64,000 bases of DNA from a virus: positions 92,984 through 156,983 of IMG/VR virus record IMGVR_UViG_3300021478_000015. The stretch is one strand, 5' to 3'. Both the position numbers and the translations under genes were made by a program. Shown here piece after piece: positions 17,114 through 26,651 of the stretch; the stretch's first letter is position 1; the number at the start of each line of letters is the position of its first letter. The notes under the pieces are model-generated. The model did not search any database. It saw nothing but the letters and a program-made list of their open reading frames with translations, and was not told the origin of the DNA.

Positions 17114-17749
17114 GTGATTCGTGTTCCCATCTCCAGGTCGTACATCAAGCGGACGATCCGGCCCAACTATGGGTGGACGCAAGCCACGCCCAAGTCCGGG
17201 TATCTGGATCCGGCTTGGAACCGCTCCGTTCCCATCTGGCCCGGCATGGCCTTCATGCGGACCACGGGCGCGTCCGGTTACACCGGCCCGTATCAGACCT
17301 TCGGAGCCACTTCAGGTGGTCCCAACTACAGCCTTCTCAACGCCACTGGCGTCCCGGCTGGTCTGGTCGGTAACTACATCGGCGGCGAGGGCATCGATGA
17401 GCTTCTCGATACCGGTGTGTCGGCCTTGGCCGTGTGGGTCCTCGACCCTGACGCCGAGTTCGAGATCCTGGCCCCGGCCTTCGACGCCAACCTGACCTGG
17501 ACCGACCCTGGCAACGGCACTGACGCCCTGGTCTACGCCCGCACCGCCAACCTGGGTGGAGCGGTAGGTCTCAACGGTCTCGGTGGAGCCATCGCAGGAG
17601 GCAGCTACACCGGCACCTACGGCCTGCAGGGTCAGCTTGTGACCGCCGCGGACGCCAACAAGTCCACCCAGCCGGTGGCCCGGCTCATCGCCGTGAACTC
17701 GAACATCTCCATCACTGTCGGCGGCCTGATGGTCCGCTCCGGCTTCTGA
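17114..17749 (+). CDS. capsid decoration/cement protein
   Basis: AGGAGG RBS; directly upstream of the major capsid gene; Gly-rich beta protein (IWPGM..., VWVL..DAEFEILAPAF). Confidence 0.65.
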   Translation: MIRVPISRSYIKRTIRPNYGWTQATPKSGYLDPAWNRSVPIWPGMAFMRTTGASGYTGPYQTFGATSGGPNYSLLNATGVPAGLVGNYIGGEGIDELLDTGVSALAVWVLDPDAEFEILAPAFDANLTWTDPGNGTDALVYARTANLGGAVGLNGLGGAIAGGSYTGTYGLQGQLVTAADANKSTQPVARLIAVNSNISITVGGLMVRSGF

Positions 17750-17789
17750 TCGTCCTAGCCCTACCTCGTCACACAAGGAGTCCATCAAC

Positions 17790-18782
17790 ATGAGCATGGT
17801 TGCCACCGCAGCGGGGCTAGCGCCGAAGCGAGCCAAGAAGTCGGACGATTACGTCCAGGAGATCCTCAAGCGCCGCGGTGGGGACGGCAACGTTCCCTCC
17901 CTGACCCATGAGGCCAAGGTCCGCAAGCTCTCGTTGATCCTCCAGGACGAGGTCAACGGCATCCGCCGCCTGGGCGTGGGCATGGTCGGCCCTATCCAGC
18001 TAAAGCTGCGCTACCAGGGCATCGTCCGCAACGTGCTGATCGAGGACCCGGTCACGCCGGGCACCCCGGTGGAGTACGACGTGTGGGACGACCTCGGCCA
18101 GGCCTACCTCATGAGTGGCACCGAAGGCGAGGTCCGGGTCACTCCCTTCGAAGGCAAGCGCCTGCCCATCCGGTTCTGGCGTATCGCCTCCCGTCCGGCC
18201 ATCCGCAAGGAGGACCTGTTCTACCTCCGCATCAATGCAGTCGAGCAGGCCCAGGACGAGACCAAGCAGGCCATCATGAAGCAAGAGGACAGCCGGATGA
18301 TGGTGATCATCCAGGCCGCCCTCACCGACTACGCCTCCCGGCCGGACCATGTGGTCACCCCCAACCACACCGTGTACGAGGCTTCGGGGTACTTCACCCC
18401 GCAGTCCATGTACACCGCGGTGGCCCAGTCCGACATGCACGAACTGCCTGCCGGGCGCATGTTGGTCAACCCCTTTGACTACCGGGACTTCTTCCGCTGG
18501 GACATCAACACCACCGGCTGGGCCTTCAAGGACCGTATCGTGGCCGGGGAGCAGATCCAGAGCTTCGGTGAGTTCCAGTTCCAGCGTTCCATCATGGTCC
18601 CCTCGGGCCAGATGTTCCTGCTTCCCAACCCTGACTTCCTGGGTGTGTTCCCGGTCCTGTACTCGCTCGATGTGGAGGAGAACCACAACGTCGAGGCCTT
18701 CTGGAAGGGCTGGGTGTTCGATGAGATGGTGTCGATGGCCATCCTCAACCCTCGGGGTATCACCACCGTTCTCAAGGGCTAA
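17790..18782 (+). CDS. major capsid protein (HK97 fold)
   Basis: AAGGAG RBS; 330 aa; strongly biased codons; GPIQLKLRYQGIVRNVL..YDVWDDLGQAY and GWVFDE..ILNPRG recalled from Bxz1-type capsid proteins. Confidence 0.85.
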   Translation: MSMVATAAGLAPKRAKKSDDYVQEILKRRGGDGNVPSLTHEAKVRKLSLILQDEVNGIRRLGVGMVGPIQLKLRYQGIVRNVLIEDPVTPGTPVEYDVWDDLGQAYLMSGTEGEVRVTPFEGKRLPIRFWRIASRPAIRKEDLFYLRINAVEQAQDETKQAIMKQEDSRMMVIIQAALTDYASRPDHVVTPNHTVYEASGYFTPQSMYTAVAQSDMHELPAGRMLVNPFDYRDFFRWDINTTGWAFKDRIVAGEQIQSFGEFQFQRSIMVPSGQMFLLPNPDFLGVFPVLYSLDVEENHNVEAFWKGWVFDEMVSMAILNPRGITTVLKG

Positions 18783-18811
18783 TACTTCGGCCCCCGATGG
18801 GGTAGTGGTGC

Positions 18812-19069
18812 ATGGTGACTGAACCTGAGGACTATCAGTACCAGAATCCACTACCTGTCGAAGAACCCGTCACTCCGGCCAATAAGCTCTCGTCCAGGGC
18901 GCATTTCGCGGCCACCAGACGGGCGGTGGTCTTCCTCTTGGGCGTGCTGGTAATCATCGATGCCTTTTTTCAAAGTCACCATGTCGTTGCCCAGTTAATC
19001 ATCGGAACATTTCTGGTCGGGGTGCTTCCCATTGACGATTTTCTGGTTGCGATCAGACGACGGCGATGA
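18812..19069 (+). CDS. small two-TM membrane protein
   Basis: two hydrophobic stretches, RRRR C-terminus. Confidence 0.55.
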   Translation: MVTEPEDYQYQNPLPVEEPVTPANKLSSRAHFAATRRAVVFLLGVLVIIDAFFQSHHVVAQLIIGTFLVGVLPIDDFLVAIRRRR

Positions 19070-19072
19070 GGA

Positions 19073-19336
19073 ATGCGGAAGCCATCTGTCGATCTGATCG
19101 CCTTCATACTGGCGCTGACATTGGGTCTTTCTGTGATATTGATCATCGCTGCCGTCATTATCCAGATCTTCGTAGCCTCCAACAACCCGGTGCTGAGTGC
19201 GGCTCCCAGCCAGGTGATCGACTCAGCCGTGACTGGCATTATTGGCGTGTTGGGCAGCTACGTGGGCTACAGCATGAAACGTAAACACGACGATGACGCA
19301 ACGGGTGACAATGACCGTGAGGATCGGGAGACGTGA
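19073..19336 (+). CDS. small two-TM membrane protein (holin-like topology)
   Basis: two TM segments and a charged C-terminal tail. Confidence 0.6.
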   Translation: MRKPSVDLIAFILALTLGLSVILIIAAVIIQIFVASNNPVLSAAPSQVIDSAVTGIIGVLGSYVGYSMKRKHDDDATGDNDREDRET

Positions 19337-19343
19337 TACGTCA

Positions 19344-19383
19344 TTGCTTGCGCCGGTTAGAGATTTGCTTGCGCCGGTTAGAG
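19344..19383. repeat. 19-bp direct repeat x2
   Basis: TTGCTTGCGCCGGTTAGAG at 19344-19362 and 19365-19383. Confidence 0.9.
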
Positions 19384-19531
19384 GGTGGCGGGGGAACCAC
19401 TTGATGTGTCAGAGAAATCTAAAAAAGTTTCTTAGGGGGCTTTCAGGTTGCTCTTAGCTGAGCTATGGTTCGAATCTGCTGCCCTCATTTGAGGGTGGGG
19501 CATCATCACTCAGACAGAAGGAGCAAGCTGA

Positions 19532-20002
19532 ATGAACATCTTCAAACGGGGGGCTATCGCGCTCGCCGCTCTCGCCATGGCCGGAACTACCGCCGGTTTG
19601 GTCACGGCTCAGGCGGCTTCGGCTGCCCCTCCCACCGTCATCACCGCCACCAGCGTGGAGACCTCGGCCACCTTCCTGGCCCCTGGTCTTGAGGCCCTGA
19701 CCTTCAACCTGTATCAGCCCAGCGTGGTCCCGCCTGGCTTCCGTCTCTTTGCCAGCGTCAGCGAACTCTGCTTGGTCGGTCCTCTCGGCAACGCCCGGTG
19801 CAACTGGCGTCTGACCACCAACGCCCCGCCGCTGCTTCAGCAGCAACTGCGCGGCAACGCTGTCATCCCCCGTATCGGTTTCGGTCAGGCCGGTGCCATC
19901 ACCGGAGGTACCAGGGGTTGGACCGGTGCCCGTGGCGTCTTCCGGTCTCTCAACATCGCTCCCAACGTGGCCAGCAACACCTACGTGTTCTCGACCCCGT
20001 AA
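19532..20002 (+). CDS. secreted protein, dirigent/allene-oxide-cyclase-like beta barrel
   Basis: AAGGAG RBS; signal peptide ending AASA; GAITGGTRGWTGARG motif. Confidence 0.65.
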   Translation: MNIFKRGAIALAALAMAGTTAGLVTAQAASAAPPTVITATSVETSATFLAPGLEALTFNLYQPSVVPPGFRLFASVSELCLVGPLGNARCNWRLTTNAPPLLQQQLRGNAVIPRIGFGQAGAITGGTRGWTGARGVFRSLNIAPNVASNTYVFSTP

Positions 20003-20015
20003 TCAGCCATTCACT

Positions 20016-20049
20016 GACGATGCCCACCTCTTCCGGGGTGGGCATCGTC
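20016..20049 (+). terminator. intrinsic terminator-like hairpin
   Basis: GACGATGCCCACCTC-TTCC-GGGGTGGGCATCGTC just after stop 20002. Confidence 0.7.
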
Positions 20050-20065
20050 GCGTCTACACTCGGTC

Positions 20066-20323
20066 ATGGCCACTGGAGCAACCTTCGCTGTCATCAACGG
20101 GCAGATGGTTCAGGTCGGTCTCGACGGGTCGATAGCCCACAAGGCGGTGGTCGGCACCTGCATCAACTGCGGGCAGGCCAACGTGCAACTGGACACCCAC
20201 TACGGCCGTCATGAGAACGTGCGCTATGTTTGCCTGTCCGCCACCCAGCTTCCCTTCATCGACGCCAACCAGAGCGCTCTGCCCGCCAACCAGAAGGGAG
20301 CGGCTCCAAGCAAGCACCGATGA
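20066..20323 (+). CDS. small Zn-binding protein
   Basis: GTCINCGQ...HY...YVC. Confidence 0.6.
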   Translation: MATGATFAVINGQMVQVGLDGSIAHKAVVGTCINCGQANVQLDTHYGRHENVRYVCLSATQLPFIDANQSALPANQKGAAPSKHR

Positions 20324-21165
20324 CCAATCTCAAGATCAGTACGCTGGTCGATGACTTCAACAGCGGTACATGGAATCCAGCCTTATGGCAAGTCGTCCCC
20401 GCCGATGGTGGAGACATGGTGAACGGTGGTTTTGTCGGTAACGGTGGGTCTGTAGCCGTGGTCGGTGGACAACTGTGCATCACCACTGCCATTAGTGCCG
20501 GTTCTAACTGGCGGTCATTGGAGACTATCGGCCTTTACGATCTGACGAACTCGCAGATCACTATCCAGATGGTTAGTTACGGCGATGATGTCGCGGTGCC
20601 ACAGTTGGATGCCTATCCGATGATCATATTTGATCCATCAGGGGCTTACGATTTTATCTGGACAGAGATCTACGATGGAACCTTGGTGATATGGGATGGG
20701 CAGGGTATTGGTGCATCACTTGCCTACGATCCCGCCGTTCACAAATGGTTTCGGGTGTGGGAGTCCAGTGGTACTTACGGCTTCGACCACTCGATAGATG
20801 GCCTGACCTGGACGAACATCTACACCAGCGGCAGTGATCCCTTCGATCTAAGTGCTGTGAAGTTTGCTATCTGTTCCGGCAACGGTCAAGGAGTAGCGAC
20901 AGCAGCCACAACTTCCATCTTCGACAACGTCAATGTTCTGCCCCCACAGAAGCTCCACTACACCGAGCGCAACGGTGTCCTGGTCCAGGATGGGCTCAAC
21001 CCCCTCCAGGGTATCCAGGACCCCGGCCCCGGCACCTGCATCAACTGCGGCCAGTACATCCCCAAGCTGAACCATCATTACTCGCAGTACTTCGGCTACA
21101 TCTGCTTGCCGCCCTGGCAGCCCAACGGCACCGACCCCAGGCCCATCACCGTTCCCACTTCCTGA
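20320..21165 (+). CDS. ConA/LamG-like lectin-domain protein with C-terminal Zn motif
   Basis: DDFNSG..YDLTNS..HKWFRVWE..DGLTWTN domain paralogous to those in 30467..36118; ATGA overlap at 20320. Confidence 0.7.
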   Translation: MTNLKISTLVDDFNSGTWNPALWQVVPADGGDMVNGGFVGNGGSVAVVGGQLCITTAISAGSNWRSLETIGLYDLTNSQITIQMVSYGDDVAVPQLDAYPMIIFDPSGAYDFIWTEIYDGTLVIWDGQGIGASLAYDPAVHKWFRVWESSGTYGFDHSIDGLTWTNIYTSGSDPFDLSAVKFAICSGNGQGVATAATTSIFDNVNVLPPQKLHYTERNGVLVQDGLNPLQGIQDPGPGTCINCGQYIPKLNHHYSQYFGYICLPPWQPNGTDPRPITVPTS

Positions 21166-21200
21166 CTGTCCCTGGCCGCCCCAGAGCGCCGAAGGGGTGA
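21165..21200 (+). promoter_or_regulatory. late-promoter-like motif copy 4
   Basis: same motif, 1 nt before ATG 21202. Confidence 0.8.
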
Positions 21201-21201
21201 G

Positions 21202-21519
21202 ATGGCTACCGTCAACAAGAACCGGGCCTATCACGGCACCTTGACCGCGGCCACGGTGGACACCGTCAACTTGAGCCGGGTCTACGGCCGGGTCCAGGTC
21301 CTCAACCGGGGCGGGGCCAACGAGATCTACTGGACCACCGATGGCACCGCTCCCACCGTGGGCGGGGACAACTGCTGGGTGGTCCCTTCCCAGGTCGGGG
21401 CCTCCGACATCAGGGCCAACAGCCAGGCCCAGTCCAACACCTGCGTGGTCAAGCTGATCTCCACCGGGACCCCGACCTACTCGGTGCTGGGCGTGGACGA
21501 GACCGACATCGACCTCTAG
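21202..21519 (+). CDS. small beta-rich virion protein
   Basis: own promoter motif; beta-strand pattern. Confidence 0.65.
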   Translation: MATVNKNRAYHGTLTAATVDTVNLSRVYGRVQVLNRGGANEIYWTTDGTAPTVGGDNCWVVPSQVGASDIRANSQAQSNTCVVKLISTGTPTYSVLGVDETDIDL

Positions 21520-21521
21520 AG

Positions 21522-21557
21522 CCTGTCCCTGGGCCATCCAGAGCCACGAAGTGGTGA
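21522..21557 (+). promoter_or_regulatory. late-promoter-like motif copy 5
   Basis: same motif. Confidence 0.8.
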
Positions 21558-21584
21558 AGCCCCATCATCGAGGGAGATCTCCAA

Positions 21585-21899
21585 ATGGCGCGTGGTGTCA
21601 GAGTCAACAAAGCCAATACCAACTTGCCGAACGGGTTCTACTACCCGGTCAACGCCAACGTGGTGCTCAGCGACGATGAGTTTGCCCGGCTGGCCTTCGA
21701 CGTGTTCTCCTCGGGCACCCTCACCGACTTGGGCCAGCAAGGTGTCGCCGGGCAGCAGGTTACCACCCAGGGCGCGCACGTCGCCCTGACCTCTTCGCAG
21801 ATCGCCGCTGCTCCCACCCAGGCCAACTACAACGCCCTCCAGGCCGATGTGGCGGCCATCGTGGCCTCCCTCTCGGGGGCCGGAAAGGCCATGGCCTGA
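21585..21899 (+). CDS. small virion protein (head fibre-like)
   Basis: GAGGGAG RBS; C-terminal APTQANYNALQADVAAIVASL helix. Confidence 0.65.
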   Translation: MARGVRVNKANTNLPNGFYYPVNANVVLSDDEFARLAFDVFSSGTLTDLGQQGVAGQQVTTQGAHVALTSSQIAAAPTQANYNALQADVAAIVASLSGAGKAMA

Positions 21900-21929
21900 C
21901 CTGACGCCCGTCGCCTGATCTTCGGCGCG

Positions 21930-21966
21930 AGGCCACACCCCCTTCGTCCTGTTCGGGGTGTGGCCT
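21930..21966 (+). terminator. terminator-like hairpin
   Basis: AGGCCACACCCC ... GGGGTGTGGCCT, perfect 12-bp stem. Confidence 0.7.
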
Positions 21967-21975
21967 TCGTCGCGT

Positions 21976-22011
21976 CCTGTCACCGGTTCGACCAGGCCTA
22001 CGAAGGGATGA
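21976..22011 (+). promoter_or_regulatory. late-promoter-like motif copy 6
   Basis: same motif. Confidence 0.8.
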
Positions 22012-22046
22012 AGACCATTCAAGTTCATCTCATGGAGGTAATCATC

Positions 22047-22592
22047 ATGTCTGGTTCCGGTGTTCTCATCGTTCGTAACATGCATGGGGGTCCAACCACT
22101 TTCCTTCATGAACATGATGGGATGAAGACTCCCTACGAATGGTTCGGAGCCGGAGACATAGACGAGCGCGACATCCTCGAAGTGCCTGAGTCCATGGCCA
22201 TGAGCCCCCACTTTCGCAAGGCGGTGGCGCGGGGCATCCTCAAGGTCGAGGAGGGTGACGAGGACGTGATCGCCTCGGTGAATCGGGCTGGGATGAGGTG
22301 GCAGGAGCGCCAGCTACAAAGGCGCAACGAGATCGAGGCCCAGATGGACCGCCAGGAGGATCGCTCCATGGTGGTCATCCCTTGCCAGGCTCCTGGCCCC
22401 AGAGGATCCCTCTGTGGGGCCAGCGTGTTCGAGCGCGAGGCCACCAAGGGGGCCAAGCCCCCACTGTGCTCAGCCCACCAGCATCTCTCGACCAACTTCG
22501 TCCAGGTGGAGACGGATGAGATCCGCAATGGCAAGGCCGTGATGATCTGGGTCGAAGCCTCCAAGACGGCCCGCAACGAAATCCCCGGATAG
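22047..22592 (+). CDS. morphogenesis-region protein with C-terminal Cys/His motif
   Basis: GGAGGT RBS before ATG 22047; C..C..C..H motif. Confidence 0.7.
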   Translation: MSGSGVLIVRNMHGGPTTFLHEHDGMKTPYEWFGAGDIDERDILEVPESMAMSPHFRKAVARGILKVEEGDEDVIASVNRAGMRWQERQLQRRNEIEAQMDRQEDRSMVVIPCQAPGPRGSLCGASVFEREATKGAKPPLCSAHQHLSTNFVQVETDEIRNGKAVMIWVEASKTARNEIPG

Positions 22593-22601
22593 GAGATCCC
22601 C

Positions 22602-23432
22602 ATGCCTGACAAGACCGAAGAGAAGGCCCCTGCTGAAGAGGAAACCTCTGACGAGCCGGTGGTAGACGAGCGAAAGTCGGATGATGAGCCTCGGGTGGAA
22701 GGCCGCGCCGCCGAGGAGGAAGAGGAGGATCTGCGGCCCATCGCAGACCCGGAGGTGGCGGCTCAGATGGCCAAGGCCCGCGACATGGGCATCACCGGGG
22801 ACCCCGATGCTCCGCCCGGCTACTTCGTGGACGAGAACCACCGGCCCAACCCCCTGGACGTGGGCACCGTCATCACCACCGAGTACCACGGGGTGTCCAG
22901 CTACGACGTGGCCTCCTACTCCGGGGCCATCGCCAACGCCGGAGCCGATCCCTTCGAAGGGGTCGAGGTGCCCGAGAGCCCCGAGCCGCCCCCACAAATG
23001 GGAGCCACCGACTACGACCCCACCCTGGCTCCTGGTGTCCCCACCGAGGAGGCGGTCAAGGCCCACAACGAGTCCATGGTGGCCATGCAGGAGGCGGCCA
23101 TTCGGACCGCCCCTTCTGGAGCCAGCGAGTACGACCCCTCTACGCCCGGTGGCATCGCGCCCAGCGGTACCCATGTGGAGGAGTCCGCCCGGTCTGAGGC
23201 CGACAAGTCAGCCACGCCTGAGGGGACCTCGGGTGATCAGGACCCCAAGCTGGCCGAGGCCAGGGCCAAGGCGGAGGAGACCGTAGAGGCCGCCGAGGGG
23301 ACCGTGGCCGCCGTTGATGAGGCTCAGGGGGCTGACAAGGCTCAGGGGGCCAGGAAGGCCGCCAAGGCGGCCGCTCCGGCCTCTCCAGCGGGGACCAAGG
23401 ACACCGCCCTGGAGGCGGACCCCAAGAAGTAA
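22602..23432 (+). CDS. acidic low-complexity protein
   Basis: AGGAG RBS; E/A/P-rich, 276 aa. Confidence 0.7.
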   Translation: MPDKTEEKAPAEEETSDEPVVDERKSDDEPRVEGRAAEEEEEDLRPIADPEVAAQMAKARDMGITGDPDAPPGYFVDENHRPNPLDVGTVITTEYHGVSSYDVASYSGAIANAGADPFEGVEVPESPEPPPQMGATDYDPTLAPGVPTEEAVKAHNESMVAMQEAAIRTAPSGASEYDPSTPGGIAPSGTHVEESARSEADKSATPEGTSGDQDPKLAEARAKAEETVEAAEGTVAAVDEAQGADKAQGARKAAKAAAPASPAGTKDTALEADPKK

Positions 23433-23435
23433 CCG

Positions 23436-24113
23436 ATGCCCACCCCGTCCACCAAGCTGGGGATCAACATCTTCAGCACCGCCGATCAGTTCTCCACGGC
23501 TGCCTACAACAACAACTGGCAGATCCTGGACGGCTTTCCGGGGTTCTACATCTGCACGTCCACCACCCGCCCGGTGTGGGGAGCCAACCAGTACGGCATG
23601 CGGATCACCGAAACCGACACCGGGCTGACCTGGATGTGGACGGGGACGGGTTGGGTCCGCAACATCGCCGCGGGCTCGGCGCTGGGAGCTTCGGGGGCGC
23701 AGGCTCGGGTGACCAGGACCTCGAACATCGGCACCACCACCACCTGGACCCCGCCCGGCACCGGCACCTTGACCACGGCGGTGACCCAGACCGTGCATCC
23801 CCCCAACGGGGGACGACTGCTCATGATCGTGGCCGAGGTCCCCGAGGTCGGCAATCCCAGTGGGCTGTCCTACATCGTGATCCAGCGCGACGCCACCATC
23901 TTGAACTCCTACCCGGTGTGGACCGCCCAGCAGACCGGCTCGGGCAACTCCGGTAAGGCCGGGTCGCCGGGGAACTTCGTCACCTTCGACGTGCCTGGCG
24001 AGGCCTCGGCCGTCTACACCCTGGCCTTCGCCGCGGCCACCGTCTCGGGTGGGACCACCACCCTGGTCGCCGCCCCCACCCGGCCCATCAGTTTGACGGT
24101 GATCGAGACATGA
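23436..24113 (+). CDS. minor tail/fibre protein
   Basis: N-terminal NNNWQILD..CTSTTRP..ETDTG..WTGTGW fibre motif; C-terminal beta-sandwich. Confidence 0.7.
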   Translation: MPTPSTKLGINIFSTADQFSTAAYNNNWQILDGFPGFYICTSTTRPVWGANQYGMRITETDTGLTWMWTGTGWVRNIAAGSALGASGAQARVTRTSNIGTTTTWTPPGTGTLTTAVTQTVHPPNGGRLLMIVAEVPEVGNPSGLSYIVIQRDATILNSYPVWTAQQTGSGNSGKAGSPGNFVTFDVPGEASAVYTLAFAAATVSGGTTTLVAAPTRPISLTVIET

Positions 24114-24307
24114 TCGAGACGGTCCGTCCGGGAGCCCCTTTCTATCCCTATCCCGAAGTGGGAGCACCGGTCGTAGACACCACCATCGATCCTGATCTCA
24201 TACGGCAAGGGAGTGTCTTATACGCCCTTCCTACCGCCGATAGTCCAGTGGTGGAGAACACGGTAGGAAGCATCATCATAACCGGACAACCAGGCCGAGA
24301 GTATTGA
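24110..24307 (+). CDS. hypothetical protein
   Basis: ATGA overlap with the previous gene. Confidence 0.5.
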   Translation: MIETVRPGAPFYPYPEVGAPVVDTTIDPDLIRQGSVLYALPTADSPVVENTVGSIIITGQPGREY

Positions 24308-24326
24308 CCAGAACAGGATTGAGATC

Positions 24327-24650
24327 ATGACTGATACCCCTCCAGATCCAGAAACCAGAACGTGTGATATTTGTGGTCAGACGGACTCTGATCCACATCA
24401 TGTTCAGTACGTCGCTTTCAACCATCCGGTGACCGGGGAGCCGACTGATCTCTCGATTAGCCGACACCTTGATTGCTGCTCCACTGATGGTTGCGAGATT
24501 TGCGCTACTGACGTGGCTGCGGCCACCCAGGCCGGGCTCTCCATCCCGGAGTTCGTCCAGAACCGGCCCGAGGCCAACCTGCAGGCCCTGTTCGAGCAGC
24601 ACAGCATCGAGACGCCGGAGTTTTCCATCCCAGGGACCCAGGAGGCATAA
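24327..24650 (+). CDS. small Cys/His-rich protein
   Basis: CDICGQTD.DPHH...RHLDCC..GCEIC. Confidence 0.65.
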   Translation: MTDTPPDPETRTCDICGQTDSDPHHVQYVAFNHPVTGEPTDLSISRHLDCCSTDGCEICATDVAAATQAGLSIPEFVQNRPEANLQALFEQHSIETPEFSIPGTQEA

Positions 24651-25034
24651 ATGGCCAACCTCGTTACCGTCGAAGCCAATGCCCTGCTGGCGGCCTCCTC
24701 GGGGCAAGCGGCATACCCGGCGGTCACCGCCCCGGTCAAGGTCGCCCTGGTGACCGCCACCGGCACCGCGGCTGCTCCCGGTACCGAGGTGACCGGCGGC
24801 TCCTACGCCCGGCAGACCATCACCTTCGCGGCTCCCTCGGGTGGCTCGATCGCCTCCAACGTGGCCCTCACCTACACCAACATGCCCGCCTGCACCGTCA
24901 CCGGAGTGGATGAGTACGATAGTACAGCCACACCCGTGAGACGCTGGTTTGGCGCTCTAAGTGCATCAAAAACGGTGAATGCAGGTGATACGTTCTCGAT
25001 TGCGTCGGGTAGCTATACAAAGACCCTGAGCTAG
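24651..25034 (+). CDS. small fibre/collar-type structural protein
   Basis: GTEVTGGSYARQTITF..NAGDTF motif common in phage tail/collar proteins; AGGAGG RBS. Confidence 0.7.
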   Translation: MANLVTVEANALLAASSGQAAYPAVTAPVKVALVTATGTAAAPGTEVTGGSYARQTITFAAPSGGSIASNVALTYTNMPACTVTGVDEYDSTATPVRRWFGALSASKTVNAGDTFSIASGSYTKTLS

Positions 25035-25037
25035 CCC

Positions 25038-26651
25038 ATGGCGCTGTATCCGCCGCTGTGGATGCAGGAGGGCACCTATCCGGCCAACCTGGACCGGTTC
25101 TTCATCCAGGACGCCCTGGGACCCGGCCCAGCCCTTCTGAGTGGCTCTGGAGCCCTCCAGGTGACCCAACGGGCCGCCGGGACCAATATGTCGGTGGACG
25201 TGGCTGCAGGGCGAGCTTTGATCCCCGGCACCGACATCGCCAACCAGGGGGCCTACACCATCTGGTCCGACACCGTGGTCAACGTGCCCATCGCCGTCGC
25301 GCCGGGGGTGGGCACCGCCCGTATCGATCTGATCGTGGCTCAGGTTCGCGACGACTTCGTCATCGGTGGAGGCCGCAGCGACTTCGTCATCGTCCCCATC
25401 CAGGGCACCGCCGCTGTCACTGGTTCGCAGGTAGCTCCGGCCGTTCCATCTAGCACCTTGGTCTTGGCCCAGATCCTGGTCGGATCCAATGTTCCGGCCA
25501 TCCTCAACTCCTTCATCACCGACGTGCGGCCTTATGCCCGTGCCGCGAACACCCAGCTACTGGTCAGCCGTCCCCTGGCCTCTCTGATCACGGCGGGGTC
25601 GCCTTACACGGTCAACCACAACCTGAACACCACCAGCCTGATCGTGGATATCTGGGACACGGTGACCAATCAGCGCATCATGGCCAACGTGGCCATCGTG
25701 GACGCCAACAACATCTCGGTGTCGGTGACCCAGAACGCCCCCAACCCGGTCAACGTGGTCATCATGGGCACCTCGGTGGCCCCCACCATGGTGTTGCCCT
25801 CGAACCTGGCCACCGTCCAGTACGTCCAGCAGCAACTGACCCAGGCGTACAACTTCGCCTTCATGCAGACCATTGCTTCGCCCACGGCCGCGGGCTCGCC
25901 TTACAGCATCGCCCACAACCTCAATACCACCAACGTCTTTGTCGAGATCTGGGACGCCGTCACCAACCAGCTTGTGATGACTCAGATCAACATCGTGGAT
26001 GTCAATCACATCTCGATCACAGTGGCTCAGAACATGCCCAACTCCATCAACGTGGTGGTCATGGGCGTGGGTAATGCCCCTCTGCCACTCAACCCCTCTA
26101 ACACCGCCACCAAGCAGTATGTCGATTCTAAGACGCCCACTCTTCCGGCTGCGGTTACCACTGGTGCCACCATTCAGAGCTTCACCGATTCGTTGGGCGA
26201 TGTGTGGGTGGCTCTCAACGGTGTTAACGGTGGGAACTGGAGGCGAGCCCGTGATGTCTTGCACTCCGCCGTTTATCGCAATGCTGCCTGGACTACTTCC
26301 AATGCTAATACTCCAATAGCCTTTGACACTGTTATTAAGGACGACTACGGCCTCTGGGTTTCTCCTAGCTGGACTGCGCCTGTAGCGGGGTGGTACGACA
26401 TTTATGGTCAGTATGAGGCCACGCCTGCGGCTGCTGGTAACTTGTTTAACATCTTCATTGGTGCGGGCGTATCCGCATATCAGTCTACGTTTGCGAGGGC
26501 AGTCGAGACCACGGCGGCTCGAACTCATGCCTCTCTCTACTTGGCCGCGGGTGGACAGGGTCAAGTTGTCCTTCAAACCACGGCGGCCTACACAGGAAGC
26601 ACTGGTAACCAGTCTACTTGTGGCCGCTTTCACTATATGGGATCGGGCTGA
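25038..26651 (+). CDS. tail fibre-like protein with C-terminal C1q-like module (array member 1)
   Basis: MSVDVAAGRA..RIDLIVA N-terminal domain; two HNLNTT repeats; C-terminal IQSFTD..GDVWVA..GGNWRRARD module plus jelly-roll. Confidence 0.8.
   Translation: MALYPPLWMQEGTYPANLDRFFIQDALGPGPALLSGSGALQVTQRAAGTNMSVDVAAGRALIPGTDIANQGAYTIWSDTVVNVPIAVAPGVGTARIDLIVAQVRDDFVIGGGRSDFVIVPIQGTAAVTGSQVAPAVPSSTLVLAQILVGSNVPAILNSFITDVRPYARAANTQLLVSRPLASLITAGSPYTVNHNLNTTSLIVDIWDTVTNQRIMANVAIVDANNISVSVTQNAPNPVNVVIMGTSVAPTMVLPSNLATVQYVQQQLTQAYNFAFMQTIASPTAAGSPYSIAHNLNTTNVFVEIWDAVTNQLVMTQINIVDVNHISITVAQNMPNSINVVVMGVGNAPLPLNPSNTATKQYVDSKTPTLPAAVTTGATIQSFTDSLGDVWVALNGVNGGNWRRARDVLHSAVYRNAAWTTSNANTPIAFDTVIKDDYGLWVSPSWTAPVAGWYDIYGQYEATPAAAGNLFNIFIGAGVSAYQSTFARAVETTAARTHASLYLAAGGQGQVVLQTTAAYTGSTGNQSTCGRFHYMGSG

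Noticed and set aside
19344-19383. possible CRISPR array
   Set aside because: Only two 19-bp copies separated by 2 nt; no spacers and no cas genes.
19381-19487. tRNA-like signal (GGTTCGAATC followed by TGCTGCCCTCA, able to pair with GAGGGTGGCGG)
   Set aside because: No 5-bp T-stem and no recognisable D or anticodon arms; at most a remnant. tRNAscan-SE or ARAGORN would settle it.
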